Shown piece by piece: positions 33,416 to 44,053 of a stretch of DNA of 64,000 nucleotides. The stretch is taken from contig JALVSY010000007.1 in the NCBI GenBank assembly GCA_027036135.1, forward strand, positions 804,880 to 868,879, in the 5' to 3' direction. The notes beneath the pieces were generated by a model that saw only the letters and a list, made by a program, of their open reading frames with translations, made no database searches and was not told where the DNA came from. This stretch comes from Pyrodictiaceae archaeon (GTDB lineage: Archaea; Thermoproteota; Thermoprotei_A; Sulfolobales; Pyrodictiaceae). The position numbers were made by a program, and so were the translations under genes. Each line of letters starts with the position of its first letter. Positions within the stretch are counted from its first letter, which is position 1.

Positions 33416-34204
33416 TCAATGATTAAGCCAGTAGGAAACAACATCACTTCTATCGACTACACCAATAAGTTTCTTATCATCACCAACTATGTATACCCTA
33501 CCTATATCGCGCTTAAGCATCAACTTAGCTGCATCAAGCAATGTGTGACTTTGGCTCAGGGTTATAGGGGGAGTTGACATAACCTCCTGCACAAGCGGCC
33601 CTTTACGATGACTATCCGCCTCGAAATCGGGCCTAGCATACCCATGTGTTATTAGATCGTGCTCAGCAACAACACCTATTATTACCCCGTTCCTCACCAC
33701 AGGTAGCGCGGCAAATCCATAATGCCTCATTAATTGCCATACCTTGGGAACCGGTGTATCCGGCTCAACATATATGACTTCTCTCTGCATAACCTCTGCT
33801 AATGGAACAAGGAGCTTATCACGATGATTCTCCGCAATGTACTGTATAGCATTCTCGAGGCCAAACACACCCAGATATCTTGACGACTCATCAACTACCG
33901 GAGCGTACCATTCATCAAGCTTAAGCATTTTTTCTAGAGCTGAGCGTAGGTTCTGCGAAGGGCTAAGAACCATGCGCGGATGCTCCATGAGATCCTTTGT
34001 CCTTGCCTCTGTACGCGTGGCAGAGACTTCAAGCAAAGCACTTCTCTTAACTATCCCTGCGAGGCGAAGCCGACGCTCATCTGTTACTACAGGTATTACT
34101 CTTAGTCTCTGCTCACGTATAAGGCGGCGGAGACCCCCAATACTTTCATTCGGTAGAACATAGGGATACTTAGGTGAGAATAAATCAACTACGTGGGGCT
34201 CCAG
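33416..34204 (-). CDS. CBS-domain protein (4 CBS motifs)
   Basis: The track ORF ends at 34036, but the frame stays open to CTG 34204 and adds a first CBS motif (LRVIPVVTDE..LAGIV). Confidence 0.88.
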   Translation of the reverse strand: MEPHVVDLFSPKYPYVLPNESIGGLRRLIREQRLRVIPVVTDERRLRLAGIVKRSALLEVSATRTEARTKDLMEHPRMVLSPSQNLRSALEKMLKLDEWYAPVVDESSRYLGVFGLENAIQYIAENHRDKLLVPLAEVMQREVIYVEPDTPVPKVWQLMRHYGFAALPVVRNGVIIGVVAEHDLITHGYARPDFEADSHRKGPLVQEVMSTPPITLSQSHTLLDAAKLMLKRDIGRVYIVGDDKKLIGVVDRSDVVSYWLNH

Positions 34205-34291
34205 GCTCTACACCAATTATATTAACTCATGTAAAGTAGCTATTATACCTATAGACGAATACCAATGGTTAGATTTTGGCCCCGGGCCTCC

Positions 34292-34735
34292 TTAGGCTCT
34301 TATGTACAATAGTTCTATGAGACCCGGAGCATATCTTATTATATCGCTCCTCGTTATTATTCCTACAAGTTTCTCTTCTTTATTGATTACTGGTAAGTGA
34401 CCGATGCGCTTCCTGCTCATTAGATCAGCTGCAGCTGATAGTGGCGCATCCTCATATATTGTTATAGGGTTGGGCGTCATGACGTGTTTTACAAGTGCGC
34501 GGCTTGGATCGAGGCCTTTTGCCACTACTCTCCTAACAATGTCGCCCTCGGTCAATATGCCTATAATAAGGCCCCTTTCGTCGACAACAACGACGCTGCC
34601 GACATCGTTTTCAGCCATTTTACGAGCTGCATCGGCAATTGTTTCGCCTGGCTTACAGGTTATTACACGCGGAACCATCGCGTCTGCCACTCTGAGCTCT
34701 TCGGCCTCTTCGGGTGCTTGAACAGACTCAGACAT
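34292..34735 (-). CDS. CBS-domain protein (single CBS pair)
   Basis: VGSVVVVD..GILTEGDIV, IGHLPVI..GIITRSD. Confidence 0.92.
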   Translation of the reverse strand: MSESVQAPEEAEELRVADAMVPRVITCKPGETIADAARKMAENDVGSVVVVDERGLIIGILTEGDIVRRVVAKGLDPSRALVKHVMTPNPITIYEDAPLSAAADLMSRKRIGHLPVINKEEKLVGIITRSDIIRYAPGLIELLYIRA

Positions 34736-34837
34736 TATTCATCACGCGCCGCGTTCCTTCTAACCGTGTCAGCGTTTCTTAGCCTTAAGAGGAATATAAG
34801 TTATAGTTCAGAGCCAATTATAAGGAATCATATAATA

Positions 34838-35473
34838 TCATAGTAGTCCTAGTCTTTTTGCTCTCTCTATGGCTGGTTGCCATAATTGCCTTGGTCTTCT
34901 TCTACGAAGCGCTTCTAAGAGTCGCTTATTTCTCTCCTTTGCCTTAGCTAGCACGTCGTTGACTATGCTCACTACTTGCGCTAATTTATTAGGCTTTATT
35001 ACTGCTTCGTTAGGAGTTGCTAGTAATATGTCTGCTCTAACTCCTGTACGTAGCTCGACGAGCAGGGGAGGGCCAAGAACCATTATGCCGCTATGCTTGA
35101 AACCTGCTTCTCGTGCTGCCTCTAGGATAATTCTAGCCTCTTCTAAGTCACTTACATAGACATGGTATATGGGGCCCTGCACACTTAGCCATAGATTGTT
35201 GGCATGAGGTTTTGACAGAGCCTCCTTTACCTCGTCCACGGTTATAGCGCTATGCTTCTTAAATATAGTCATTGTCTCCTCTTTTGCCCAAGGATATTCC
35301 GAGTCGATAATCGTTATTCTACCAGAACAGCTACTCTTAGTAAAGCTCTTGGGCCTTAGAAAGAACTCTACGAGTACATCTAGTATATCTGTATCAAGAT
35401 AGCCTATTTCCAGGTCTTCCCATAACCTGTGCCATGCCTTTATTTTCTCCTCGTTAAAGTTGCGCGACGCCAC
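34838..35473 (-). CDS. taw3: tRNA wyosine-derivative methyltransferase Taw3/TYW3
   Basis: GYLDTDI, TKSSCSGRI, PIYHV, AREAGFKHSGI. Confidence 0.88.
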   Translation of the reverse strand: MASRNFNEEKIKAWHRLWEDLEIGYLDTDILDVLVEFFLRPKSFTKSSCSGRITIIDSEYPWAKEETMTIFKKHSAITVDEVKEALSKPHANNLWLSVQGPIYHVYVSDLEEARIILEAAREAGFKHSGIMVLGPPLLVELRTGVRADILLATPNEAVIKPNKLAQVVSIVNDVLAKAKERNKRLLEALRRRRPRQLWQPAIERAKRLGLL

Positions 35474-35669
35474 CGAGGCCTTATCCCCCGGTACACTTGT
35501 GTAGCCGTGGGTGCGGTCTAGTGTTAAGTCTCTACTCCTCTACAGTATTTGGGCTCTGTTGTCGGGATTAGTAGAAATCCCGTTAGGCATGGACTAGAAG
35601 ATTGATAAGGGCTTGCTTTCTCCTAGTGCTTCTACGGGACGTAGAGATAAGAACCCTGGGTGGCGAACC

Positions 35670-36827
35670 ATGGGTGCTTTGCTTGATAAGCTTAAACCGA
35701 TGAGTAGAGGCCAAGAAGAGATGCTCAAGGCGCTTACTAGCGACGAGTACGAAATCGTGGGGCTGTTTGGACCCACTGGTAGTGGTAAGAGCTTGTTTAG
35801 TGTACTGTATGGTATAGACGCTGTCTCCGAAGGTAAGTATAGGAGGCTAATAATATCAAGACCGGTTGTTGATGTCGTGACTGGTAAGGAGCTTACAGCC
35901 CAGGAGCTTGGTGAGCAGTTTTACGAGATAGCGTTTGCGTATCTCCGAGACATTCTGTCAGAGTTTGTTGAGTGGAGTAGAGTCGAGGAGCTTATGAAGG
36001 AGGGGAAAATAGTATTCGCTGATACGCATTATCTCCGCGGAAGGACCTTCGATGACTCAATAATATTTCTTGACGATGCGCAAAACATTCCGCCGGAGAG
36101 CAGCATAGAGATACTTATGAGAATAGGTAGGAATAGTAAGTTCATCATAGCCGGCGACCCCGTGTTCCAGAAGCCTCATGGAGTAGAAAGGGATGGGGCA
36201 ACAGTTATGCGCGAGGTACTAATAGGCGAGGAAAACGCCAAGGTAATAGACCTAGGGCTCAAGGACATAGTTAGGCCGGGAGCTAGGAGAGGAATACGCC
36301 TCCTAATGGAAATGAGAATGAGGAATAGGCCGCTCAACGAGGCAGAGAAGAGAATCATCGATGCAGCGCGCATATATGCACCGGACGCTGATGTCATAAC
36401 TGTTGTAGAGTTCGTGGATGCGAAGAAACAGTTCGAGATAACAGCTGAGCATGTACCAGATGCACTTATAGTTGTCAAAGAGGGCTATCTCGGTAGGCTC
36501 GTCGGCAAGGGAGGAGAGAGAATACAGAAAATAGAACAAGATACTGAGATGAGGCTTAGAGCAGTAGAGCTAACATTAGACTTTACGAACATAATAAGAG
36601 CCGTTCACCCCGTCAGCTGGATATACAAGCACATAATCGACGCTGACTTCGAGGGACCATACCTAGCTGTAAGGGTTAGGAGCAGCGAGTTCGGCGCCTT
36701 CGTCGGCCAAAGAGGATTCCACGTAAAGTTCCTTGACGCTGTGTTCCGCAAACTGCTAGGCGTCGGAGTAAGAGCCTACGAGGTAGCAGAGGAGGAAGAA
36801 ACTGGGCGGAGAAGGAGAAGAAGATAG
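35670..36827 (+). CDS. PhoH-like ATPase with C-terminal KH domains
   Basis: GPTGSGKS, YLRGRTFDD, DDAQN, GDP; KH motifs GRLVGKGGERI and GAFVGQRG. Confidence 0.88.
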   Translation: MGALLDKLKPMSRGQEEMLKALTSDEYEIVGLFGPTGSGKSLFSVLYGIDAVSEGKYRRLIISRPVVDVVTGKELTAQELGEQFYEIAFAYLRDILSEFVEWSRVEELMKEGKIVFADTHYLRGRTFDDSIIFLDDAQNIPPESSIEILMRIGRNSKFIIAGDPVFQKPHGVERDGATVMREVLIGEENAKVIDLGLKDIVRPGARRGIRLLMEMRMRNRPLNEAEKRIIDAARIYAPDADVITVVEFVDAKKQFEITAEHVPDALIVVKEGYLGRLVGKGGERIQKIEQDTEMRLRAVELTLDFTNIIRAVHPVSWIYKHIIDADFEGPYLAVRVRSSEFGAFVGQRGFHVKFLDAVFRKLLGVGVRAYEVAEEEETGRRRRRR

Positions 36828-36852
36828 CCCTCTTTTATATCAAATACAAACA

Positions 36853-37350
36853 TTGATGCGGAGCACCAATTACCCAACCACGTGCTACAACATTGCTACG
36901 GATCCGGAGGGGGCATCGCTGCCCCGGCTAAAGTTCATAACTGACGATAAGCTCCATAGAGCACTAGAACTTATTGTAGAAGAACTCGGCCTTAACCACA
37001 TTAGACTAGATAAGGTATACATTGTTTGGAGCAAAGGATCAAAAACTACGGCTCTTGCGCGCATATGGGGACTGCCATCACCCTTTGTAAGGCTTGGAAT
37101 ATGTGATCCTACATACGTAATAGAGCTTGTTTCAGAGAAATTTGCTAGACTCAGCTGCAATGACATTGTTGAGACTATTGTCCACGAGCTGCTCCATATA
37201 CCTAGGAGTTTTAGTGGTGGATTGAGACAGCACGGCGACTGGAGTAAAAAGAGGAATATGAGGAAACTCTTAAGCAGAATAAGCAACGAGACCAAGTACG
37301 AGGTATGCAGACTCGTTCGTGAATCTCTAAGAAGCCCTAATCTTGGCTAA
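36853..37350 (+). CDS. Putative zinc metallopeptidase
   Basis: ARIWGLP, YVIEL.SEKF, HELLHIP..FSGGLR.H; start may be CTG 36919. Confidence 0.82.
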   Translation: MMRSTNYPTTCYNIATDPEGASLPRLKFITDDKLHRALELIVEELGLNHIRLDKVYIVWSKGSKTTALARIWGLPSPFVRLGICDPTYVIELVSEKFARLSCNDIVETIVHELLHIPRSFSGGLRQHGDWSKKRNMRKLLSRISNETKYEVCRLVRESLRSPNLG

Positions 37351-37456
37351 TATAAGTCCTCCCAACTTCTTGGCAAAAAAGAACGACTTAAGAAGGGTAT
37401 AAGAACTGGTATCTGAAGCAGTATTCCATGTTACTAGTGGATGGTGCAAAACAGGA

Positions 37457-38182
37457 ATGGCCAAGATATATGTTCTGCGTGAACCAAGAAGGCATGACAA
37501 GGCCTGGAATATCTATGCGCTACGCGAGGCGGCTAGGCTAAAGAAGTGGTTTGACGGAGTATATTATAGTCCTAGGCTGAAGAGGCTCCTTGCTGTTTTC
37601 AGGCCGACACCTGGTACTCATGTAAACTTAGAGGTATTCGAGGAATTAAACGAGAGCGTGCTTCGAGACGCTTATCGCATGGAGTGCCCGCGTGGCTGCA
37701 ACCGTTGTTGCGTCTTCCGCAGCGGCGCATTCATCATAGAGAACGAGGTAAAGAAACTACCCCCTGATTTCCAGGAAAGAGTGCTAAAGCAGCCAAGCGA
37801 GCTAATTAGAACGCCTGGTGGCTGGGTACGTGTCTACAGGCTTGATACAGAGACCATGGGTAGGTGTATATTCTTTGACGTAGAGAGGGGAGAGTGTGAG
37901 CTTGAAAAGATGGGCGGTAAGGAGGCTAAGCCGATTGTCTGCTTACTGACTTATTGCACGGTATTCGCTTCGCGTAACGGCGAGAAGTACCTCAAGACAG
38001 GGTATCGCGAGATAGGTGATGGAAGAGTAGAGCTATACTATAAACGTGTAACAGAGCAAGAATGGAGAAGAATGGTTACAAGGATGGCTTCTACTTGGCT
38101 TCGTTTACGAAGGATCCACAAGGCAGTAAAAGAATCCGATGCAGCAATGAGGCGAAGCACTAGGTCTAAGCGAGTAGTCTAA
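37457..38182 (+). CDS. YkgJ-family cysteine-cluster protein
   Basis: CPRGCNRCC ... RCIFFD..GEC ... KPIVC..Y. Confidence 0.8.
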   Translation: MAKIYVLREPRRHDKAWNIYALREAARLKKWFDGVYYSPRLKRLLAVFRPTPGTHVNLEVFEELNESVLRDAYRMECPRGCNRCCVFRSGAFIIENEVKKLPPDFQERVLKQPSELIRTPGGWVRVYRLDTETMGRCIFFDVERGECELEKMGGKEAKPIVCLLTYCTVFASRNGEKYLKTGYREIGDGRVELYYKRVTEQEWRRMVTRMASTWLRLRRIHKAVKESDAAMRRSTRSKRVV

Positions 38183-38211
38183 GAGGTCGTGAAGAGTAAA
38201 ACTCGGAGAGA

Positions 38212-39450
38212 CTACATGTGCATTACTGCTGTGTTCTCGCTCCGCTTGCTTATCGGGACTTGTTCCTCACCATACTCTGTTACATCGGCGTAGGGTCTTC
38301 TCCTCTTCTTCATAACCTTCTCTATAGCTGCCAGGAAGTCTGCCATTGTTACTATTTTTCTGTTTGCGCGTAGGGCAAAGTACCCTGCCTCTATTACTAT
38401 TGCTCTTATATCGGCTCCTGTCGCTCCCTCTGTTAGCCTTGCCAGCTGGGTGAAGTCAACATCATCTGCTAGTCTCATCTTCCTTGTATGTATCCTGAAT
38501 ATCTCTACTCTAGCCTTCTCATTGGGCGGAGGCACGTAGACTAGTCTATCGAACCTACCAGGTCTCAGTATCGCTGGGTCCAGTATGTCTATACGGTTAG
38601 TCGCAGCTATCACCTTTACGTTGCCCAGGGGGTCAAACCCGTCTAGCTCGGCTAATAACTGCATCAATGTTCTCTGCACTTCTCGTTCACCACTAGTGCC
38701 TATGTCTATTCTCTTAGCCGCTATGGCATCTATCTCGTCTATAAATACTATTGATGGGGCCTTCTTCCTCGCCAGCTTGAATACCTCCCTTACTATGCGG
38801 GCGCCCTCACCTATGTATTTGTGGACAAACTCTGAGCCAACGACGCGTATAAAGGTGGCATTACTCATTGACGCAACTGCTCTCGCAAGCAAGGTCTTAC
38901 CACAGCCAGGAGGTCCGTAGAGGAGCACGCCCTTGGGAGGCTCTATACCAAGCTCGCGGAAGAGATCAGGCTTTGTCAGCGGCAGGATAATTGCCTCGTA
39001 GAGCTCTCTCTTCTGCTCCTCTAAGCCGCCTATATCGTCGAAGCTGACCCTAGGCTTCTCCACGACCTCCATGGCACTCACGTAGGGATCCTCGTATTGC
39101 GGCAGTATCTCGACTATAGTTGAGCCTCTCTGGTTTAGTGCGACATAGGTTCCGGGCTTGAGCTTGCCCGGGTCAATATATGATGACACGTTAACTACGA
39201 GGTTAGGACCTGTACTACTCTTAACCACAGCTCTTCCATCGGGGAGCACGCTTAGCACAACGGCCTCTATTAGAGGAGGACTGAGAAGCTTATCGACTTC
39301 CATCTTGTAGCGTCTAAGCTCCCTTCTTAGCTCCATACGCTCAGCTTCTAGTTCTCGCAGCTTTCTCTCAAGCCTAATAATGTACTGTCTATACATCTCA
39401 TCGATGTTAGTATCTTGCTCCGGCATAACCTGTATCCACCATTCATCCAT
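38212..39450 (-). CDS. pan: Proteasome-activating nucleotidase
   Basis: Coiled coil, [10 protein letters not shown] fold, [28 protein letters not shown]. Confidence 0.96.
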   Translation of the reverse strand: MDEWWIQVMPEQDTNIDEMYRQYIIRLERKLRELEAERMELRRELRRYKMEVDKLLSPPLIEAVVLSVLPDGRAVVKSSTGPNLVVNVSSYIDPGKLKPGTYVALNQRGSTIVEILPQYEDPYVSAMEVVEKPRVSFDDIGGLEEQKRELYEAIILPLTKPDLFRELGIEPPKGVLLYGPPGCGKTLLARAVASMSNATFIRVVGSEFVHKYIGEGARIVREVFKLARKKAPSIVFIDEIDAIAAKRIDIGTSGEREVQRTLMQLLAELDGFDPLGNVKVIAATNRIDILDPAILRPGRFDRLVYVPPPNEKARVEIFRIHTRKMRLADDVDFTQLARLTEGATGADIRAIVIEAGYFALRANRKIVTMADFLAAIEKVMKKRRRPYADVTEYGEEQVPISKRSENTAVMHM

Positions 39451-39518
39451 ATATTAGAAGCGTTATGAATACCTAAATAATGGTTTGTGCCTCGTCACTA
39501 CACTGGTGATACGCCAGC

Positions 39519-40112
39519 GTGTCTACACAGAGAAGGCGAGGAGAAGTACTATACTGCGAGATGTGCGGTGCACCAATTGAGGGGAGGGCCTACACTATTT
39601 ACGTTGACGGTGTTGAGATGATAGTCTGTGAGCGCTGCTATCGCAAATACATGTCAAGGGCCAGGAAGACCGCGACCGATACACCACTAAGGCTAAGACT
39701 TGCGCAGCCGAAGCCCAGGCACCAATCTCCGCAACCTAGAGAGCCGATACAGAGGAAGGAGCCCAGACAACCCAGGGCTAGGCCGAGAACTCGGAGAAGG
39801 AGGGGAACAGGTCTAGGGCTTGTCGAGAGATACGAGGTTGTTGAGGATTATGCTGAACGGGTAAGAAGAGCGAGGGAACGCTTAGGGTTATCGCAGAAGG
39901 AGCTGGCTCAGCGAGTTAAGGTGGGTGAGAACGTTATTAGGCGTATAGAGTCGGGGAGCCTTGTGCCTCCCGTAGACCTAGCTATGAGGCTTGAGCGTGT
40001 CCTCGGGGTTAAGCTCTTAGAGCCTGTCGTAGAAGAGGAGGAAGAAGCGCTTGAGGATACTGGTGAATTCCACTTAACACTCGGAGATGTAGCCGAGCTA
40101 CGAGAAGACTAG
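39519..40112 (+). CDS. mbf1: Archaeal multiprotein bridging factor aMBF1
   Basis: CEMCG..CERC Zn ribbon, HTH ARERLGLSQKELA, terminal TLGD. Confidence 0.92.
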   Translation: MSTQRRRGEVLYCEMCGAPIEGRAYTIYVDGVEMIVCERCYRKYMSRARKTATDTPLRLRLAQPKPRHQSPQPREPIQRKEPRQPRARPRTRRRRGTGLGLVERYEVVEDYAERVRRARERLGLSQKELAQRVKVGENVIRRIESGSLVPPVDLAMRLERVLGVKLLEPVVEEEEEALEDTGEFHLTLGDVAELRED

Positions 40113-40229
40113 GCCCCCCTTCGTGACCAGCAGCATTACATATAACTCCTATAAGGGGGTATGTGCAGACCCGTTTCTTATCACGGAGGAGTGAAGTTAC
40201 TAGACAATACACGAGGAAGAGAGCAAGCT

Positions 40230-41366
40230 ATGAGGAAACGAGGCGCAGAGAAGAGGGCTCTCCTAGTAGTTCCTAGGGATATTAGTGACTGGGAACTTAG
40301 AGAAGCCCTTGCCTTACTCGATACTGCTGGGTACCAGCTCTATGATCTCGTAAGATATAGGCGAGTTTCTCGATCAAGGCTCCTTAGCAAGGCTAAGCTA
40401 CACGAAGTAGCTGAGAAAGCTGAGGCTCTTCAGGGATACAAAGGCTCTAAGATAATTGTGTACGATGAGCTTCGGCCACGTGAGTACTTTAGGATTGTGA
40501 AGGAGGCCCAAGTAGAGACTATTGATAGAACGCTCCTTATACTTGAGATATTCGCTCTTCATGCAGGAAGTCGTGAGGCCAAGCTTCAGATAGAACTTGC
40601 CAGGCTTAAGCATCAATTACCTCTCATTAAGGAGGCTATACGCTTAGCTAAGCTCCGCGAGCTACCCGGATTTCTTGGGCCTGGAGGCTACGCTATTGAC
40701 GCGTATTACCGATATATGGTTTCAAGAATTGCGCGCATACGTAGAGAACTAGAGAAACTACGTAGACGTAGGGAGCTAGAGAGATCCAAAAGGAGAAGCA
40801 TCGGTTTGCCTCATGTAGCTATAGTAGGCTATGCCAGTGTTGGCAAAACAACGTTATTTAATAGAATTACGATGGAGCGTAAAGCCACGGGAGACGAGTA
40901 TTTCACCACGCTTTCTCCAAAGGTCAAAACAGCAAGCTTTGATGGCTCCAGGATAGCTTTTGTTGATACAGTTGGCTTTATTTCAAGGATACCCCTTGAG
41001 ATTATCGAGGCTTTTCACTCTACCCTAGAGGAGGCAGCAACTTCTGACATAGTATTATACGTTATAGATGTATCTGAGCGCGAGGATGTTATGATCGAGA
41101 AGCTCGGTGAGGGAATAGATACTCTTCGCCGAATAGGCGTTATTGATAAGCCAATGATCATAGCTGCAAATAAGGTTGATCTTCTCCAGAACATGGATGA
41201 TTTATCACATAGGCTTAGCCTTATTGAGGGGCTTGCTTCATCTATTTATCCCGGTCTCCGCGGCGTTATAGCTGTCTCGGCGATAACTGGTAAGGGGCTT
41301 GAAGAGCTGCTATGGCGGATAACCACCCTGCTAAGGAGTACGAGAAAGTATACGTATTACGCATAG
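40230..41366 (+). CDS. hflX: GTPase HflX
   Basis: [28 protein letters not shown]1 [19 protein letters not shown]. Confidence 0.93.
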   Translation: MRKRGAEKRALLVVPRDISDWELREALALLDTAGYQLYDLVRYRRVSRSRLLSKAKLHEVAEKAEALQGYKGSKIIVYDELRPREYFRIVKEAQVETIDRTLLILEIFALHAGSREAKLQIELARLKHQLPLIKEAIRLAKLRELPGFLGPGGYAIDAYYRYMVSRIARIRRELEKLRRRRELERSKRRSIGLPHVAIVGYASVGKTTLFNRITMERKATGDEYFTTLSPKVKTASFDGSRIAFVDTVGFISRIPLEIIEAFHSTLEEAATSDIVLYVIDVSEREDVMIEKLGEGIDTLRRIGVIDKPMIIAANKVDLLQNMDDLSHRLSLIEGLASSIYPGLRGVIAVSAITGKGLEELLWRITTLLRSTRKYTYYA

Positions 41367-41908
41367 GCCACCGCCCCGAGAGAGATAAGAGAATAACCAC
41401 TCATGTCGGACTGGTTGCGAGAGCCTTTGGCGCTAATGGCTTTATCCTGGCCGATGTATGCGACGAGCACGTCATGCAATCGCTTAAGAAGGTCCTAGAG
41501 AGATGGGGTGGCGTACTCCACTTGGAATGCGGCGTGCCTGGAAAGTCCTATGTGAGGGCATGGAAGAGGAACGGGGGCGAAGTAATTCATCTTACCATGT
41601 ACGGTATACACGTAGATGATGTTATAGACTCTATACGGGGAAGCAAAAGGCCTAAGCTCATAGTTGTTGGTGCGGAGAAGGTGCCACCCTTCTACTACGA
41701 GGAGGCAGACTATAATGTCGCGATAGGCAATCAACCTCATAGCGAGGTGGCAGCTCTAGCCATATTCCTTGATAGGCTCTATAGGGGACAGGAGCTTCGA
41801 TTAGAGTTTCCCAACGCAAAGCTCCGCATAATACCTTCGCCGAGAGGCAAAAAAGTAGTAAGCCTGGAGAACACACCTAATACTAGTAGGGCTAGGCACG
41901 AGAAATAG
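41312..41908 (+). CDS. trm56: tRNA (cytidine(56)-2'-O)-methyltransferase
   Basis: [43 protein letters not shown]. Confidence 0.96.
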   Translation: MADNHPAKEYEKVYVLRIGHRPERDKRITTHVGLVARAFGANGFILADVCDEHVMQSLKKVLERWGGVLHLECGVPGKSYVRAWKRNGGEVIHLTMYGIHVDDVIDSIRGSKRPKLIVVGAEKVPPFYYEEADYNVAIGNQPHSEVAALAIFLDRLYRGQELRLEFPNAKLRIIPSPRGKKVVSLENTPNTSRARHEK

Positions 41909-41929
41909 AACAAAGAGGTGCCTGGGGAC

Positions 41930-42457
41930 ATGGGTAGTAACGCTGAAGTAGAAAAGCTTTACCTCATGATAGAGAAGCTCTTGGACAAGAACGCTAGACA
42001 AGTATTCCAAACACTATTCGAAGAAGGAGAGGAGCTAACAGAGATAGATATTGCTGAGCGTACTGGGCTAAAGCTCAACGCTATACGGAGGGCGCTTAAT
42101 CTTCTTGCCGAACAAGGCCTGGTTGTATATAGGCGCCAGAAACACCTGGAGAAGAATAGACTAATATTCTATTGGAAGATAAACTATGAAGCCTTACCAG
42201 CCATAATAGAGGCTAGGAAGAGGGCTGCTCTCGATAAGCTTAAGACGTTGCTAAGCAAGGAGGAGGCAACTATGTACTACGTATGCCCCAATGACGGTAC
42301 CAGGTACACTTTCGAAGAGGCTCTAGAGCACGAGTTCACTTGTCCTCGTTGTGGCTCAATGTTAGTACCTGACCAGGATAGGGAGCTCAGGATACAATTG
42401 CTGCGCCAGTACATAGCAATGCTGGAGGCAGAGCTGAATGAATCCAACACTCGTTGA
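41930..42457 (+). CDS. tfe: Transcription factor E (TFE alpha)
   Basis: Winged helix plus [24 protein letters not shown]. Confidence 0.93.
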   Translation: MGSNAEVEKLYLMIEKLLDKNARQVFQTLFEEGEELTEIDIAERTGLKLNAIRRALNLLAEQGLVVYRRQKHLEKNRLIFYWKINYEALPAIIEARKRAALDKLKTLLSKEEATMYYVCPNDGTRYTFEEALEHEFTCPRCGSMLVPDQDRELRIQLLRQYIAMLEAELNESNTR

Positions 42458-43394
42458 TCTCTTCTGTGGTGCTGGGGGCTTCGCTGAAGGATTTAGACAA
42501 GCCGGGTTCAGGGTACTTCTCGGAGTAGATAACGATCCAGCTGCCATACGTAGCTTCAAGGCCAATTTCCCGGAAGCAATAGCACTAGCCATGGATATCA
42601 AGGAGGTAAGTGGTTCTCTCATAGAGGAGCTTGTGGGAAGACCAGACGTAGTTATTGGTAGCCCTCCTTGCGAGCCCTATACTGGGGCTAATCCTCGTAG
42701 ACGAAGGAATCCAGTAGAGAGGCTATACGAGGACCCTGCTGGCCAACTAGTTATTCACTTTGCCCGCATCGTTGGTGAGCTAAGGCCCCGCGTATTCGTT
42801 ATGGAGAATGTGCCGGGGATCCTCGATGTAGAGAGCGAGATAAGAAAGATATTCAGGGACGCCGGTTACGACGAGATATACTTTAATGTGCTCAGGGCAG
42901 AGGACTATAATACACCTAGCCATAGGCTGCGCGTCTTTGTATCAAATATTAGGATAAAGCCGCCTAAGGCCCGGAGAAGAATAAGTGTCGAGGAGGCGCT
43001 AAGTGGGCTACCAGCGCCAGGCGCAGAGCTGCCACCAAACCACGAGCCCCCTAGCATGAGTCCTCGAAAAACTAGGCGAATCGCAAAGCTCCGCTGGGGG
43101 CAAGCACTTATATACTACGAAGGAGCTGAGGGTAGGCGGCTACCAAACCTTATCCGGCTAGACCCACGGCGTCATGCTCCAACGGTTCTAGGATCTAGTC
43201 GCTTCATACACCCCTATGAGAATAGGTTCTTAACTGTCAGGGAGCAGGCAAGGCTCATGGGGTTTCCGGACAACCATGTATTTCTTGGAGGGAAGGATGA
43301 ACAGTATAACCAGGTTGGCGAAGCGGTTCCAGTTCCGTTGGCTAGAGCCATAGCGGAGATTGTTTTAAGAACTCTTCGAGAGGGAGGCAACTAG
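42438..43394 (+). CDS. C5 cytosine methyltransferase (orphan)
   Basis: [43 protein letters not shown]. Confidence 0.92.
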   Translation: MNPTLVDLFCGAGGFAEGFRQAGFRVLLGVDNDPAAIRSFKANFPEAIALAMDIKEVSGSLIEELVGRPDVVIGSPPCEPYTGANPRRRRNPVERLYEDPAGQLVIHFARIVGELRPRVFVMENVPGILDVESEIRKIFRDAGYDEIYFNVLRAEDYNTPSHRLRVFVSNIRIKPPKARRRISVEEALSGLPAPGAELPPNHEPPSMSPRKTRRIAKLRWGQALIYYEGAEGRRLPNLIRLDPRRHAPTVLGSSRFIHPYENRFLTVREQARLMGFPDNHVFLGGKDEQYNQVGEAVPVPLARAIAEIVLRTLREGGN

Positions 43395-43835
43395 TGGATA
43401 AAGTATTATAGCGGCCTCAGCAACCGGGCCTATTCTAGTCTCTAAATTAGTAGGATAGACTGCCTCACCAAGCCCCGCTATGTCCTTTCCGGGTGCTGGC
43501 TCACTACCGCCAAACACTAACAAGACCTTCTTCTCGTTGCTGAGTCTTGCTACTATTTCGCTAATGGGCAGCGACTCGCCATAGTCATGGGAGACTATGA
43601 TGACCTTGCTCGGATTGAAGGCTTCAACAGCGTCGCGCACATGGGGTAAGACGTAGAATCCCCTATTCAGGCGAAGAGCAAGCCTCATAACGTCGGGGAC
43701 ACCACTAGAAGCGGCTGCTCCGTAGAGCTTTGTCGCGATAAACTGTTTTAGGCCAAGTCCATAGACCAGCCGGGCCATATCGATTAGTCTTTGTGCGCTC
43801 GAGACATCGTGCATAGCTACCAGTATCTCCGCCAT
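43365..43835 (-). CDS. DUF2122-type ('RecB-family nuclease' annotated, SPOUT-like) protein
   Basis: HDVSSAQRLIDMARLVYG, GAAASSGVP, LVFGGSE; ATG 43835 preferred. Confidence 0.7.
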   Translation of the reverse strand: MAEILVAMHDVSSAQRLIDMARLVYGLGLKQFIATKLYGAAASSGVPDVMRLALRLNRGFYVLPHVRDAVEAFNPSKVIIVSHDYGESLPISEIVARLSNEKKVLLVFGGSEPAPGKDIAGLGEAVYPTNLETRIGPVAEAAIILYPLVASLSKSS

Positions 43836-43902
43836 AACCGGTCCCGCTTCGGTAACGGAGGCAAGGAGGCGTTTAAAACCGTTGAGAAGCATGTATGGTG
43901 GA

Positions 43903-43969
43903 GGGCTCAGAACTTAAAGGTGTCAACATCTCTCTGTCCTTCAGCGAGTACAGCCCTCAGCATCTCCCC
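43903..43969 (-). ncRNA. C/D box guide sRNA, dual 16S rRNA guide
   Basis: ATGCTGA-gggctgtactcg-CTGA...ATGTTGA-cacctttaagtt-CTGA; the guides pair with the conserved 16S GAGUACGGCC and AACUUAAAGG. Confidence 0.85.
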
Positions 43970-44053
43970 GGTGCTAGGAGGGCTAGGCGTCCTAAACCCT
44001 AATTCGGTTTCTCCTCGCCAATTTATTAGCTAGAGGAGTAGGGCGTGGTATGA

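Noticed and set aside
38189-38245. GTGAAGA box C-like motif antisense to the pan 3' end
   Set aside because: The downstream boxes are too degenerate to support a call.
42438-43835. C5 MTase plus 'RecB-family nuclease' as a restriction-modification pair
   Set aside because: The convergent ORF shows no PD-(D/E)xK motif and looks SPOUT-like.
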